The position numbers were made by a program, and so were the translations under genes. The notes under the pieces were generated by a model. It searched no databases, was not told where the DNA came from, and saw only the letters and a list, made by a program, of their open reading frames with translations. Of a stretch of DNA of 64,000 nucleotides, positions 9,843 through 21,707 are shown piece after piece; the stretch's first letter is position 1; every line of letters begins with the position of its first letter. The DNA is from an uncultured Acidobacteriota bacterium. GTDB taxonomy: Bacteria > Acidobacteriota > Terriglobia > UBA7540. The stretch spans positions 96,001 through 160,000 of the forward strand of contig CAWDSK010000003.1 in the NCBI GenBank assembly GCA_963804995.1. The letters run 5' to 3'.

Positions 9843-11189
9843 TTAGGTGCCGGCCACAGTCAGGCCGGAGACGAGCAGTGTGGGGGCCGCCACGGAGCTG
9901 CGAAACTCCAGGTCCGAACCCACGATTTCGATGTGATTCAGCATCTCTACCAGGTTTCCTGCGATCGTAACTTCTTCGACGGGATAGGCGAATTCGCCGT
10001 TTTCAATCCACAGTCCGGCGGCTCCGCGCGAGTAGTCGCCCGTCACGATATTCACGCCGAAGCCAATCAGGTCAGTGACGTAAAATCCCGATTGGACAGA
10101 CTTGCGAATTTGCTCAGGACTCTCCGTCCCAGGCACCATGTAAAAGTTCTTTGGACCGACGTGGGGCGGGCCAGTGACTCCACGCGCCGCATTACCCGTG
10201 GTGCGCAAATTCAACTTACGCGCCGTGTAGCAATTCAAAAGATAATTGGTGAGCACTCCGTTTTCAATCACCGGAGTGACCGACGCGGGGATACCTTCGT
10301 CGTCGAAAGGACGGGTACCGAATCCGCCCTGCCGCAAACCGTCGTCGAGAATCGTCACGCGTTCGTTGGTCACCTTCTGCTTCAACTTACCGGTCAAGAA
10401 CGAGGCGCTGCGATAGATAGCGTCACCGCGCACGGCCTCAAAAATGTGGCCGACCAGTGAGCGCGCAGCCTCGGGATCGAAAATCACCGGCACCTGGCAG
10501 GTTGCCATCTTGCGCGCCCCCAGCTTGCGCAGAGTGCGCTCCGCCGCCTTGCGGCCGACCGCCTCAGGGCTCTCCAACTTATCGGCACGGCGCGCCACCG
10601 AGTACCAGTAGTCACGCTGCATGCCACCGTCCTCGGCTACCGGCGCCACGGAAACCGCGCAATAGGAAGATCGATAGCTGCCCGCAAATCCCAGCGTGTT
10701 CGCATAGGCCTTGCGGCTGACGCTCGCTTCAAACCAGGCGCCCTCGGAATTCTTGATGCGGGGATCAGCGCTGAGCGCCGCCTCTTCCGCCCGGCGCGCA
10801 TAGTCGATTCGGGTGTCGGTGGAAAGCTCGCCGACATCGGCAGAATAAAGCCCCAACTCGCCTTCATGCCGGCCGAGCAGGGCGGGATCCGGCAGCCCGC
10901 TGGCAGGATCCTCCGAGGTAACGCGGGCCATGGCGATCGTACGCTCCACCAGCCTATCCAGCGAGACAGCAGAAAAATCACTCGAAAACGACGTGGCGCT
11001 CCGCACTCCGAGGAAAACGCGCAATCCCAATACCTTGGAGGCGGCTTCCTTGAGGCTCTCAATCTTGCGCAGGCGCAAGGCAGTCGAGAAGTCATCGGCC
11101 TCGTGCACCAAGGCGTCCACGGCCGTCGCACCCTTCCCGAGGGCACGATTTACCAGCTCCACCGCAAGTTGTTCCAGTTGTTCTTCCAT
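9843..11189 (-). CDS. pmbA: TldD/PmbA family protein (PmbA/TldE)
   Basis: RPFDDEG, GVNIVTGDYSRGAAGLWIENGE, EVTIAGNL; downstream of tldD. Confidence 0.92.
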   Translation of the reverse strand: MEEQLEQLAVELVNRALGKGATAVDALVHEADDFSTALRLRKIESLKEAASKVLGLRVFLGVRSATSFSSDFSAVSLDRLVERTIAMARVTSEDPASGLPDPALLGRHEGELGLYSADVGELSTDTRIDYARRAEEAALSADPRIKNSEGAWFEASVSRKAYANTLGFAGSYRSSYCAVSVAPVAEDGGMQRDYWYSVARRADKLESPEAVGRKAAERTLRKLGARKMATCQVPVIFDPEAARSLVGHIFEAVRGDAIYRSASFLTGKLKQKVTNERVTILDDGLRQGGFGTRPFDDEGIPASVTPVIENGVLTNYLLNCYTARKLNLRTTGNAARGVTGPPHVGPKNFYMVPGTESPEQIRKSVQSGFYVTDLIGFGVNIVTGDYSRGAAGLWIENGEFAYPVEEVTIAGNLVEMLNHIEIVGSDLEFRSSVAAPTLLVSGLTVAGT

Positions 11190-11270
11190 AAGCAGTCGCT
11201 AGGAGCGAGAAGCTAGGAGCTAGAATCTGGGTCTGAAATTGTAACTCCTAACTTCTAGCTTCTGGATTCT

Positions 11271-12724
11271 TTAAGTAAACGATCCCCCGCCGCGCGGGCC
11301 TGTCCCGCCCACCGTCAACTGACTGACCTTGAGCGTAGGAATGCCCACGCCAACCGGCACGCTCTGCCCATCCTTGCCGCAGGTGCCGATGCCTGGGTCA
11401 AGCTTCAGGTCATTCCCCACCGCGGTCACACGGGTCAGTACCGTAGGGCCATCGCCGATCAGGGTAGCGCCTTTGACGGGCGCCGTCACGCGGCCGTTTT
11501 CAATCAGATACGCCTCGGACGCGGAAAACACAAACTTTCCGTTCGTGATATCCACTTGTCCACCGCCAAAGTTGACCGCATAAAGCCCCCGCCGAACGGA
11601 GCGGATAATGTCCTCAGGAGCATCGGTCCCCGCCAGCATGTAAGTGTTCGTCATGCGCGGCATGGGAATGTGCTCGTAGCTCTCACGGCGTCCGTTGCCG
11701 GTGCGGGTAGTTTTCAGGATGTCGGAGCTCAGCTTGTCCTGCAAATAGCCCCGCAACATGCCATTTTCAATCAGCACCGTCTTTTGGGTTGGCTCACCTT
11801 CATCATCCACATTCAACGAACCGCGCCTGGCGGGAATGGTCCCGTCGTCCACTACAGTGCAGATTTCGGAAGCTACGCGTTGCCCAATCCGGCCACTGAA
11901 AGCGGAAATGCCTTTGCGATTAAAGTCTGCTTCCAATCCGTGGCCAATCGCTTCGTGTAACAGGATGCCCGGCCACCCGGACCCAGCACCACTTCCATTT
12001 CACCCGCCGGCGCTTCCCGGGCGTCGAGTTGCACAATCGCCTGCCGCGCCGCTTCCTTCGCAAATTGTTCGGGATCACGCTCGCCGGCAAAAAATTCCAA
12101 TCCCACCCTGCCCCCGCCGCCGCTGGATCCGGATTGCAGCTTGCTACCCTCCTGCGCAATGGTGAACACATTCAGGCGCACCAGGGGCTGGAAATCCGTC
12201 ACGATGCGGCCGTCGGAGCCGGCAATCATAACGTGACGAATCTGGTCGCCGTAGGTGACCCGCACCTGCTTGACGCGGGAATCATAGGCGCGGGCGGCAA
12301 CGTCGGCGCGTACGACCAGCCCCAGTTTGTCGGCCAAGTCGCGGTCCGTCGACGGCAAAGCCACGGGGTAAAAATCATGATGCGCCTCGAAAGTGCTTAA
12401 ACCCACGGTCGAGACACGCGCCGGACCACTGGCAATGCGGGCCGCGATCTTCGCCACCTTCAGGATTTTCTCCGGCGCTAAGTCATCCGTGTACGCGTAG
12501 CCGGTCTGCTCTCCCGCCACCACGCGCACACCACAACCCAGCGATATTCCTTCCGTCGCGGTCTTCACCAGCGATTCATCCACCAGGAGCGAGGACGAGG
12601 TGGTGTGCTCGAAGTAAAGGTCGGCATACTCGCCGCCCTCGGAAAGCGCGGCCCCCAGATATGCGGAGAGGTTCGCCTCCGTCAGCCCAAAGCGCTCAAA
12701 GAAGAACCGATCAGAGTTGGCCAT
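11271..12724 (-). CDS. tldD: Metalloprotease TldD, apparent 1-nt deletion near 11977
   Basis: N-part ends VVLGPG; adding 1 nt restores [26 protein letters not shown]-part [37 protein letters not shown]. Confidence 0.92.
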
Positions 12725-12920
12725 AGTGAAAAGCCCGCCTCATGCGGAGCGTGAGGGATAAAAAAGTTTCCAGCAAACGCCTGAAAATCCAAGCTAACAC
12801 ACCACCCCAGAAGTGTCAATTTTGCCGCCCTCCAGCCCTCCGCCCGTAGGGATTGGATTGACACGCCTACTCAAGCACGATAAGGTTTTTGTGGCATTCG
12901 GAAAAGAACAATAGAAACGT

Positions 12921-13935
12921 GAGGTGCACGGTGGCCAGGAAAAGGTCGTCATTATCGCGTGATGTGGAACCCTTGAACCCCTGCGACGCCAGTCGTCGGA
13001 ACTTCTTGAAGGGCGCCACGACCGTTGCGGCAGGGATCATGGCGGCGCCGTACGGATGGAGCGTGGAAGCCGGAACGCTGCCCACGATTGCGCTGGGGCC
13101 ACACCGCGTGACCCGGATGATAGTGGGAAGCAATCCCATCCGCGGCTACTCGCATTTCAACCATCAGTACAACGAACACATGGTGGAATGGTACACGGAT
13201 GAACGCACCGCGCAGGTGCTGCTCGATTGCCAGAAAGCGGGAATCAATACCTTTCAATCGAGCTTCTATCAGCCTCGCGTCTTGCGGCATTTCGAGCTCT
13301 TGAAGAGGCGGGGCAGCACCCTTCAATGGATCGCCCTTACCTCTCCCGGCGATGTTATCACCCAAGTGGAACACGAGACTCCTGAGTGGATACGCGATGG
13401 CCAATTGACGGCTATTGACACGGTGAAAAAGCATAATCCCATCGCCATGGTCCACCACGGTTCCGACACAGATTCCCTCTGGCGATCCGGCAAAATCGAC
13501 TATCTCAAAACCTACATTAACAAGGTACACGACGTAGGTTGCCTGGCAGGAATCTCCACGCACAACCCGGCCATGCTGGAGGCGCTCGAAAGCAAGGGCT
13601 GGCCCGTGGATTTCTATATGACGGCGCTGTATTACCTGACGCGCACGGAAGAGGATTTCAAGAAGGAGATCGGCAAAGTGCCGGTGGGAGAAACCTATTT
13701 CGCGGAAGACCCGCCGCGCATGTGCGAAGTCATCCGTAAAGTTAACAGGCCCTGCCTGGCCTACAAAATCCTGGCTGCAGGGAGGAAGTGCAACTCTCCC
13801 GGCATGGTCCGCGAAACTTTCGAGTGGACCTTCAAGAATATCAAGCCCACCGACGCCGTTATCGTCGGATTGTACCCACGATTCACGGATCAAATCACGG
13901 AAGACACCAATACCGTTCGCCAAATTGCGGGTTGA
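12921..13935 (+). CDS. Tat-signal protein with aldo/keto-reductase-like TIM barrel (start uncertain)
   Basis: SRRNFLKG twin-arginine motif; LPTIALG, GISTHNP, AYKILAAGR. Confidence 0.7.
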
Positions 13936-14356
13936 GAGTAGACTGACAATTCTGAGGAATTCGCGACCCCACCGAACAAATTTTGCTATAGCTCCGTTGT
14001 CCCACTACCGGCACTTTTGGTGGGACAACGCCCGCTAGGCCCCGCGCTGGGCAACATCTGGGACACCCAAAGGCGCCATTATGTCCGATGGGCCGACTCT
14101 TCCCTTCTGGCCTACGGGGCAAGCATACGACCCAGTAATTCGCCGCTGGTGGACCATATTCTCACCTTCGCCGGAACGATTTGTGCTTTGAAGCGGGATT
14201 GCCTGCACCTGGCAGCGGCCGTGTCTCGCCCATGACTCACCACCGTGACTCATTTTGACATGGCACGGGCGTCCCGCCCGTATCCAGTCACGGCCAAGAC
14301 CCCGATAAATCGGGGCAGGTCGGCCGTGGCACATCAAACTGGGCACCCCCGAGCCA

Positions 14357-16193
14357 GGGTGTGCGACAAATCTGTGTGGGTCAGGCCGCGCGGGGGCGAC
14401 GGTTCTCCCAGTAATCCTCGAATTTGCCGCTCAAGCGATGGCAGCGAAGGGCGATGATGGCATTGGCCCCGCGGACCCTCCAGAACATACCGGAGCGCTT
14501 CAGCCGAGTGCCGATGAGGGTTTTGCAGCCGGCTTCGACGACCCCGGAACCTACGAACAGATGCTGACGCCGAAAGGTCGGATAGCGCATCCGTTGGGCG
14601 TTGACGGTAAAATAATCTGCCGCGTGGCGCAAGAGTTCGGCGGCTTCGGGCGTGGCTGGGAACAGCGAGCGCAAATCGCGCACTAGGGATTCGATCCGCC
14701 CGCTCTCCAACTTCTCCTCCCGTTTTCTGGTCCACCTTCGGCGGTGGCGCTCGTCGGTGGGCCAGAGCTGGCCCGACAGCTCCCATAAGTGCTGTCGGGC
14801 ATGATAAAGATCCACAATCTGAATGGCTCCCGGAAAGTGCTCGGCGGTGAGGTTCCAAATCCAAGGAGCACCATCGCCGATCACCACTTTCTTTTGGGCC
14901 CGGTTCCAGCCCCGACGATATGCTTCGAGGTAGATGCGCCGCCCAAAAACCTCGGCCGTTTCGATGCCTCCCGTGTAGGTGGTGGAGCCTTCTTCGCGCG
15001 CCGGTCGGCCCCGGGCATCCCGTGTCGTCTGGGCGAAGACACAACCTAATTTCACTTCCCGCGGGCGCGCTTGCTCGCTCTGTTTCCCCGCTCAACCCTC
15101 GGTTTCCGAACTCACCACCGGTACTCCCGTCCCATCCATCTCCACATAGAGTACCGGAATTTCCGGTCCCCTCACCTGCGGCAAGTTCCGTTGCAGGCCT
15201 TGCTGGATCGAGGCTTGTTCCTGGGCAGCAATCTCGGCGCCCAGAGCCTCTGCCTGCCGTTCCACGGCCTTGGTGGTCACCTCCAACCCGGCCAGCAGTT
15301 GCAGTTGTTCTCGACCGAGCGCAAAGGAGGTTTCGCTGCCCACCACCGCCATCATCCGTCGCACCCCAGGAGAATATTCCGTGCCCTCCACATCCAGTTC
15401 CTGATCGCGGGGACTCTGTCCCCGGTGACAGGCCGGACAAACGTAATAGGGACGCTCGGTCTCGACCCGCCCCAGCACGGTCAGCAGTTGCTTCCGACGC
15501 CTGCCGCGGTAGGGGGCCCCCCGACCACAGCCGCAGGGAACTTGGCGAGGGCACTCGTCCGGGGCGGCCAGCAACTCCTCCAGCACCGCCGCCCCCGCCC
15601 GGTGCAAGGCCGCGCGTGTGGCCATCTCAACGGCTTCCAAATCCAGCGTCCCGGACTTGCGCCGCCCAGCAAAGATCACCGCCAGCAGGGACTCTACTTC
15701 TCGCGCCACTTCCCGCTGAATGGCTTCCGCCGTTTTTTTTCCTGCTCCGCCGCTTCGGCCTCCTGGGGGAGGGGGCGCTGACGGCAGATTTTTTCGTTCA
15801 CCTCCACGAAGGCCCGGCGCAGTTGTTGAAACCTGCGGAACTCGGCAATCTGTCGTTCCGCCTGGTGCCGGGCGGCAGGGCTGGGGAAGGTTTCGCTGAC
15901 GGTCCGGCCCTGCACCTTGTAAGTGAGCCGGAAGTTAGGGCCGTGGCCGGGATGATGGGGCTGATGACAGTGACAGTTGGACTTGCCGCAGCGGGCGGTA
16001 ATGCTGGTGATCGAACCACTGCGGAGGTCACCCAGTTGGGCGATCTGGCGGATCAACTCCGCCCGTTGGTTCTCCAGGACGTCAAGGGATTGGGGCATGT
16101 TAAGGCCTCCTCTATCCTAACGTATCATATACGTTAGGATATAAGCGACAAAAAAAGAGCCAGCCCAGAGCGTTACATTTATGTCGCGCACCC
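14357..16193 (-). mobile_element. ISKra4-family insertion sequence (1837 bp)
   Basis: TIRs GGGTGTGCGACA / TGTCGCGCACCC; 9-bp TSD CCCGAGCCA (14348-14356, 16194-16202). Confidence 0.88.
14381..16098 (-). pseudogene. ISKra4-type transposase: DUF6788-like ORF, A8 -1 shift, DDE region with in-frame TGA at 15094-15092
   Basis: RCGKSNCHC..H; YVEMDGTG, IGDGAPWIW, DLYHARQHL, GSGVVEAGCK, RLKRSGMFW; ORFs 15709-15092 and 15055-14381 share a frame. Confidence 0.85.
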
Positions 16194-16281
16194 CCCGAGC
16201 CAGGATTCCTTGACGCTACAATGAGGCGGGCATTAGAATGGCCTATGTTCCATTGCATCAAAATGCGGAAAGAGGGGGGCT

Positions 16282-17754
16282 ATGCTGGACGGCGCCATTC
16301 CGGAGGGGCTTACCTTCGATGATGTCTTACTGATTCCTGGCAAATCCTCAGTTCTGCCAACCCAGGTTGACGTTGGCACCAAGCTCACTCGCCATATTGA
16401 TCTGAATATTCCCATTGTCAGTTCGGCCATGGACACGGTCACCGAATCGCGCCTGGCGATTGCGCTGGCGCAACAGGGCGGCATTGGCATTATGCATCGC
16501 AGCATGTCGGTGGCGCACCAGGCGCTGGAAGTCGACAAGGTGAAGCGTTCAGAAAGCGGCATGATCGTTGATCCCGTCACGATCGGCCCCAAACAGTTGA
16601 TCGCCGATGCGCTCGAGATCATGAAGAAATACAAGATTTCCGGCGTCCCGGTCACCGAAGAGGGCCGCCTGGTGGGCATCCTGACCAACCGCGACCTGCG
16701 CTTTGAAAACCGACTCGACCTGACCGTCGAGGAGGTGATGACCAAGGACAACCTGATCACCGTGCCGGTGGGTACCACCCTCGAACAGGCCGAGAAAACC
16801 CTGCACCGGCATCGCGTGGAAAAGCTTCTGGTGGTGGATGAGGATTATAACCTTCGTGGTCTTATCACCGTAAAGGATATCCAGAAGAAGATTAAGTATC
16901 CCAACGCCTGCAAGGATGAGCAGGGCCGCCTGCGCGTAGGAGCAGCCTTGGGCGCCACGGGGGATTATCTGGAGCGCGCCGCGGAGCTAGTAAAAGCCAA
17001 AGTGGATTTGTTGGTGATTGATACCGCGCACGGCCACTCCACGCGAGTGCTGGAAGCGGTGCGCAACGTGAAGCACCGATTCCCGGACGTGGATCTGGTG
17101 GCAGGAAACGTGGCCACGTTCAACGGCGCCTGCGACCTGCTGCAACTGGGAGTCGATGGCATCAAGGTGGGAATCGGGCCGGGCTCGATTTGCACCACCC
17201 GAGTGGTTACGGGCGCCGGGGTGCCGCAAATCACCGCGATTGCGGAATGCGCGCGTGCCGCGCGCCAGGCCGGCGTGCCGATCATCGCCGATGGTGGCAT
17301 CAAATACTCCGGCGACATTCCCAAGGCCATTGCCGCGGGCGCCAGCTCCGTCATGCTGGGCAGCCTCTTTGCCGGCACCGAAGAAAGCCCCGGCGAGACG
17401 ATTCTCTACCAGGGCCGCACCTTCAAGTCCTATCGCGGCATGGGATCGATTGCGGCCATGAGCGCCGGCTCCGGCGACCGCTATTCCCAGGAAGCGGAAG
17501 TGGCGCGCGGCGAAATCTCGAAGCTGGTTCCCGAAGGCATTGAAGGGCGCGTGCCGTACAAGGGCCTGCTGGCAGAACTGGTGGCGCAACTGGTGGGCGG
17601 ATTGCGCTCCGGCATGGGCTATTGCGGCTGCCAGACGATGGAGGAGTTGCAGGAGAAGGGCCGTTTTGTGCGCATCACATCCGCCGGCCTGCGCGAAAGC
17701 CACGTCCACGACGTCATCATCACCAAAGAAGCCCCGAACTACTGGCTGGATTAG
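16282..17754 (+). CDS. guaB: IMP dehydrogenase
   Basis: [21 protein letters not shown] pair, [17 protein letters not shown]. Confidence 0.99.
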   Translation: MLDGAIPEGLTFDDVLLIPGKSSVLPTQVDVGTKLTRHIDLNIPIVSSAMDTVTESRLAIALAQQGGIGIMHRSMSVAHQALEVDKVKRSESGMIVDPVTIGPKQLIADALEIMKKYKISGVPVTEEGRLVGILTNRDLRFENRLDLTVEEVMTKDNLITVPVGTTLEQAEKTLHRHRVEKLLVVDEDYNLRGLITVKDIQKKIKYPNACKDEQGRLRVGAALGATGDYLERAAELVKAKVDLLVIDTAHGHSTRVLEAVRNVKHRFPDVDLVAGNVATFNGACDLLQLGVDGIKVGIGPGSICTTRVVTGAGVPQITAIAECARAARQAGVPIIADGGIKYSGDIPKAIAAGASSVMLGSLFAGTEESPGETILYQGRTFKSYRGMGSIAAMSAGSGDRYSQEAEVARGEISKLVPEGIEGRVPYKGLLAELVAQLVGGLRSGMGYCGCQTMEELQEKGRFVRITSAGLRESHVHDVIITKEAPNYWLD

Positions 17755-17835
17755 CAACGCGTCACCGGAGTTTTCTTCTTAACGCGTTGTATGCGGCTAC
17801 GCTGCGCTACCTTGCTGCCGACGGGGGGTGATCGA

Positions 17836-18765
17836 ATGCTATCACGAAAGTTAGGGGCAATTTGTGCTGTATCGGTTGCACTTTCCTTCAGTAGCCTGCA
17901 CGCGCTTGCAAGTGACAAGTCGGTCTTAATCGAATCCACCCCCGCAGGAGCACAGGTTGAGGTGAACGGCAGCGTAACTTGCGTCACACCGTGCTCCATC
18001 ATGGTGCCTGGGTACTACTTTGGCATGAAGCACACCGCCGTGAGTTCGCATGGCGCGGAGCCGTTCCGCGTGAGATTGACGAAGGAAGGCTACGTCCCCA
18101 AAAGCGTTGAGCTTACAAACGGCCCCATTCATTGGTCCAGCCTAAGCGGGGCCCATGGCTATGATTACTACCTGATAAGTTCCGAGCACTTTACGTTTCC
18201 GCTCGATGCCGTCGTGGCGGCGCCCGCTGCGGCCCCATCACCGGAGCCCAAGATCCCCGCGCCAACTTCTTCTACCGCCATCGTGGTGGCGTCCCCCTCC
18301 GGCGTAAGCCCGAATCAAACCGTGGAGCTCAATGAATCCCCGCTGGTGATCCGTGGCGTGGCCACGGACAGCACGGGCATTCTGGTTGTTACCATCAATG
18401 GCTCGACTGCCAACATGCGGCCGCAAAACACGCAGGCGACTGAGTTCTGGTCAGAGCCCTTACCGATCAAGCCTGGATACACCTCCATCGAGATTATCGC
18501 CTCCAATTCGGCGCACCTGGAGACCAGGCTGGCCTTCACCCTTCATTACACCCCCAAGGTAGTACCCCCCAACCCTCGGGCATTGAGCAAAAAGGATATT
18601 GTCTCCTTGCTCCAGGGGGGTGTTTCCAACGCGAGGATTGAGGCGCTCATCAAGGAACGTGGCATCAAGTTCGCACCCACCGCTGACGACCTGCACGATT
18701 TTCGCCAGGCGGGTGGAAACGAGGATTTGATCCAGGCAGTCCAGCAAGCAGCGCCTCAAAAGTGA
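17836..18765 (+). CDS. Secreted PEGA-domain protein
   Basis: Signal peptide; IESTPAGAQVEVNG...TP...KEGY PEGA pattern; Ig-like middle; C-terminal helical module shared with the TPR protein. Confidence 0.75.
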   Translation: MLSRKLGAICAVSVALSFSSLHALASDKSVLIESTPAGAQVEVNGSVTCVTPCSIMVPGYYFGMKHTAVSSHGAEPFRVRLTKEGYVPKSVELTNGPIHWSSLSGAHGYDYYLISSEHFTFPLDAVVAAPAAAPSPEPKIPAPTSSTAIVVASPSGVSPNQTVELNESPLVIRGVATDSTGILVVTINGSTANMRPQNTQATEFWSEPLPIKPGYTSIEIIASNSAHLETRLAFTLHYTPKVVPPNPRALSKKDIVSLLQGGVSNARIEALIKERGIKFAPTADDLHDFRQAGGNEDLIQAVQQAAPQK

Positions 18766-19099
18766 GCGCCAGCCTGCCATTCCCCACGCCACACCTCCGC
18801 ACGCGATCTGGCGCCTTCAGAGCAGCAGGTAGCCCAGTCTGGCTAGCGCAGAGTCTGTGCCTTTCAGACTCTGCGGTTCTTAATCTGATAAACATCCACT
18901 GTATTATTAGCACACGGCTATCACATCTGACGTGGCATCCAGCTTCCCTGGAGGTCATAGTTGGTGATGGGAAGCCGCGCCTATCGAACGAAGAGCCGCA
19001 GAGTCTCTGGACAACTAGACTCTGCAACGCAATCCCGTAAATTCTAGTCTTTTTAGCAAACATTTTGGGGGCGCATTGAAAGTCGCGACTTCGATCCAA

Positions 19100-19290
19100 G
19101 GAACCCCTCATCCGCTTCGTACCTCAGCACCTTCTTCCGCCACGGCGGATCTGCGACCCCTGGGAGAAGGTTGGAAGTCAAACCGTCCTCTCCGAGGGGA
19201 GAGGGTGGACCGCCGCCAGCGTTTTCATCAGCCGGGGCGGGAAGGGGGCCCCACGTTTTGCGCGGTGGGGGTGAGGGGTTACTTCACCAC
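19100..19290. repeat. Palindromic repeat cluster (CCCTC...GAGGG family)
   Basis: CCTCTCCGAGGGGAGAGG hairpin and outer ACCCCTCA...TGAGGGGT arms. Confidence 0.5.
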
Positions 19291-19477
19291 CCGTTGAGCG
19301 GACCTGCACCAAACTATGGAACTAGCAGCGCCTTTTCTCGTTTGGCTGCGGCTCCTCCCCACTGCGCTACCCGCTCGCACCGGCTGCCGTGAACACTTGG
19401 GTGCGAATTGTCGCAGCGCGACGGCTTGGGTCGCATGCATGGAAGTCAATGTAGGCGCCACCCGCAAAAGAAAGGGC

Positions 19478-19506
19478 TTGACAAGGTCAATCTACATATG
19501 TAGACT
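19478..19506 (+). promoter_or_regulatory. sigma70 promoter with overlapping palindromic operator for padR
   Basis: TTGACA(19478)-17 nt-TAGACT(19501); perfect palindrome TCTACATATGTAGA 19491-19504; ATG at 19513 follows a 6-nt gap after the -10. Confidence 0.8.
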
Positions 19507-19512
19507 TTCCCC

Positions 19513-19821
19513 ATGAGAACTCCCCGCATTTCTCCAGAGACTCGCCTCCTGCTGGAAAAGTTCGTTGAGCGCCCTACCGAATGGCGCTACGGTTACGAGC
19601 TTAGCCGCGAAACTGGGCTGAAGTCCGGAACGCTCTACCCTATTCTCATGCGCCTGGAAAAGTACACGTTGCTGGAGGCGCGTTGGGTGGCGACGGAAGA
19701 TGGTGTGCCGCCGCGGCACACCTACCGGTTGACGCCGAATGGATTGGAATTGGCCAGAACCCAATTGGCCGAAGCACGCCCGCGCTCGATGGTGCGCCAA
19801 CCCGCCTTCTGTAGTGGGTGA
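19513..19821 (+). CDS. PadR-family transcriptional regulator
   Basis: YGYELSRETGLKSGTLYPILMRLE, PRHTYRLTPNG. Confidence 0.93.
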   Translation: MRTPRISPETRLLLEKFVERPTEWRYGYELSRETGLKSGTLYPILMRLEKYTLLEARWVATEDGVPPRHTYRLTPNGLELARTQLAEARPRSMVRQPAFCSG

Positions 19822-21510
19822 GGATGATGCTGGAAACGCATCTCCGTCAAACTGCGACATTACTCCTGGAATTCGCGATTCGCATTGCACCGCCCGACAC
19901 GCGCGACTGGGGCCGGGCGATGGTGGGCGAACTGCACCACGTGGAAAGCGCTTGGGCGGCCGTGAGGTGGGCGCTCGGCGGCACAAGCGTCCTGGTGAAG
20001 CATGCCCTCGCATCCCTTCTCATCCCGGGCCGCCGCGGCCAAGGCATTGCCCCTGACGGAGGGCTCTTTGCCAAGCGTGTGCCCCTGCGCAAAGTGGCAT
20101 TGGTTACTGGCGGGGCGTGCGTGCTGGCGGCACTGCTGTTTTTCGCTGCCCCGCCCTTCCGGCAGGCATTCCAGGTTGCGCTGAGGCCCTGGTATCTTAT
20201 ATTTCAGACTAGCCTCCAGGAATACTCAGCCGGGCTTTGAGGACCTTGCCAAACAGGCGAAGATGCGCCATGATCCCGAAGGGCTGGCCTTCTGCGCCGT
20301 GCGGCTCCAAAATCCCCACGAAAGCGCGCGCTTGGCGGAGGAAGCCGTCCGCCTTGACCCGAACCTCCTTTGGGTCTACGCCGTCGTCGCCCTGCGCAAC
20401 CCAGAACTTTCACAAACTGCCCCGTGGGTCGAGAAGCTCGAGCGATGGGACCCGCAGAACGCCCTTCTTTACTTGATTACGGCGGAGTCCATCGAGCAGA
20501 CGCACTATCGCCGGGGGGCGTGGACGCCACCCACCAAAGAACAGGAAAATGCGTGGCAGAGCGCTATGGCGGCAGCGTTCCAGTCACCGAAATTCGATGA
20601 TTACCTTGACCGAGTCGCGCAACTCAACCGCCGGGTGGTGCCCCGATACGGTTTTTACGACCCGTATGAGGTGGAGTCCCGAGACCGGATCGACCTGCCG
20701 GTTCATGCTTTCGAGAATTCCGACCGGTTTGCCAAATTGCTTCTTCACTCCGGGGCAGAGCTCGAAGCAAGAGGTGACCGGAAGGGCGGGCGTGACAAGT
20801 ACTGGACCGTGGCGCGTTTTGGCCAGTTGATCGATTCCCAGGGACGCACCGGGTTCGAACACTTGGTGGGCACCACCCTCCAAGCCATGGCCTACAAGCA
20901 ACTCCAGGCGGCTTCTGAGAAGGAAGGCCAGCAGTCAGAAGCCGCGCTCTTCGGTTACCTGGCGGCGAAGTTCGATCCCGTTGAGGGGAAACACCCAGGG
21001 TTCCCCGGGGATTCGGCCTTTGGGCGGGAAACTTCCCGGCGGAATGCCGCGGTGGTGGAAATTTCAGGGCTCATGATCCTTATCTTCTCCGGGCTCGTAG
21101 TGATTGCGACGTTGATCTTGATCGCCGGCAGTCGCCGGGGAGTGCAGCCTGCAGCCGAGCGCGCCAAGCCCGTGGCGACGATGGTTGTCTTGACCAGCGC
21201 GGTGGGTTTGTTGTTCTCCTCCATCACGCTCTACCTGACCTATCGCCCTTATTGGTACATTTTCCAAAGCGCGATCGGGAACGGTGAAAGAGTCCCGACC
21301 AGCGATCTTCGTTACTTTCTCCATGACTTTCCCATGCTCCCCGGCGTTTCACCACGCGGGTATATCGAGTTGCTGAATGCTCTGCTTTACTCCGGTTCGC
21401 CCAGCTTTCTGTTTTATGTCTGGACGGGCGTAACCCTGCTGGGTGTAAGCGGTCTGGCCCTCATTCTTCTGCGCCACCTCCTGGGCAGACCACATGCTCA
21501 CGCGCCGTAA
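19818..21510 (+). CDS. Multi-pass membrane protein coupled to padR, apparent 1-nt insertion near 20211
   Basis: GTGA overlap with padR; RDWGRAMVGEL motif typical of PadR-linked proteins; removing one base gives ...FQTASRNTQPGFEDLAKQAKMRHD joining both ORFs; C-terminal TM helices. Confidence 0.7.
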
Positions 21511-21707
21511 TGGCGCTTCGGCGCGCGCCGACTTATTACGCACTACTCAACAAAATAGCTTTTGGATTGTGCCAAGGCCTTTCGCCTGGCGGTAGCCAGG
21601 ATGGGGCTGTGCCAACCGGGGGTACGTGTGTGCAAAAGGACCGGCGCGGCCGAAGGGGGTTCGGCTAGGGCGCGTGCGGGTAAGAAAATTCCCACTGGAG
21701 GTGAAAT

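Noticed and set aside
15092..15094. In-frame TGA in the ISKra4 transposase as selenocysteine
   Set aside because: Not a Cys/redox position; best explained as CGA>TGA nonsense or a base error.
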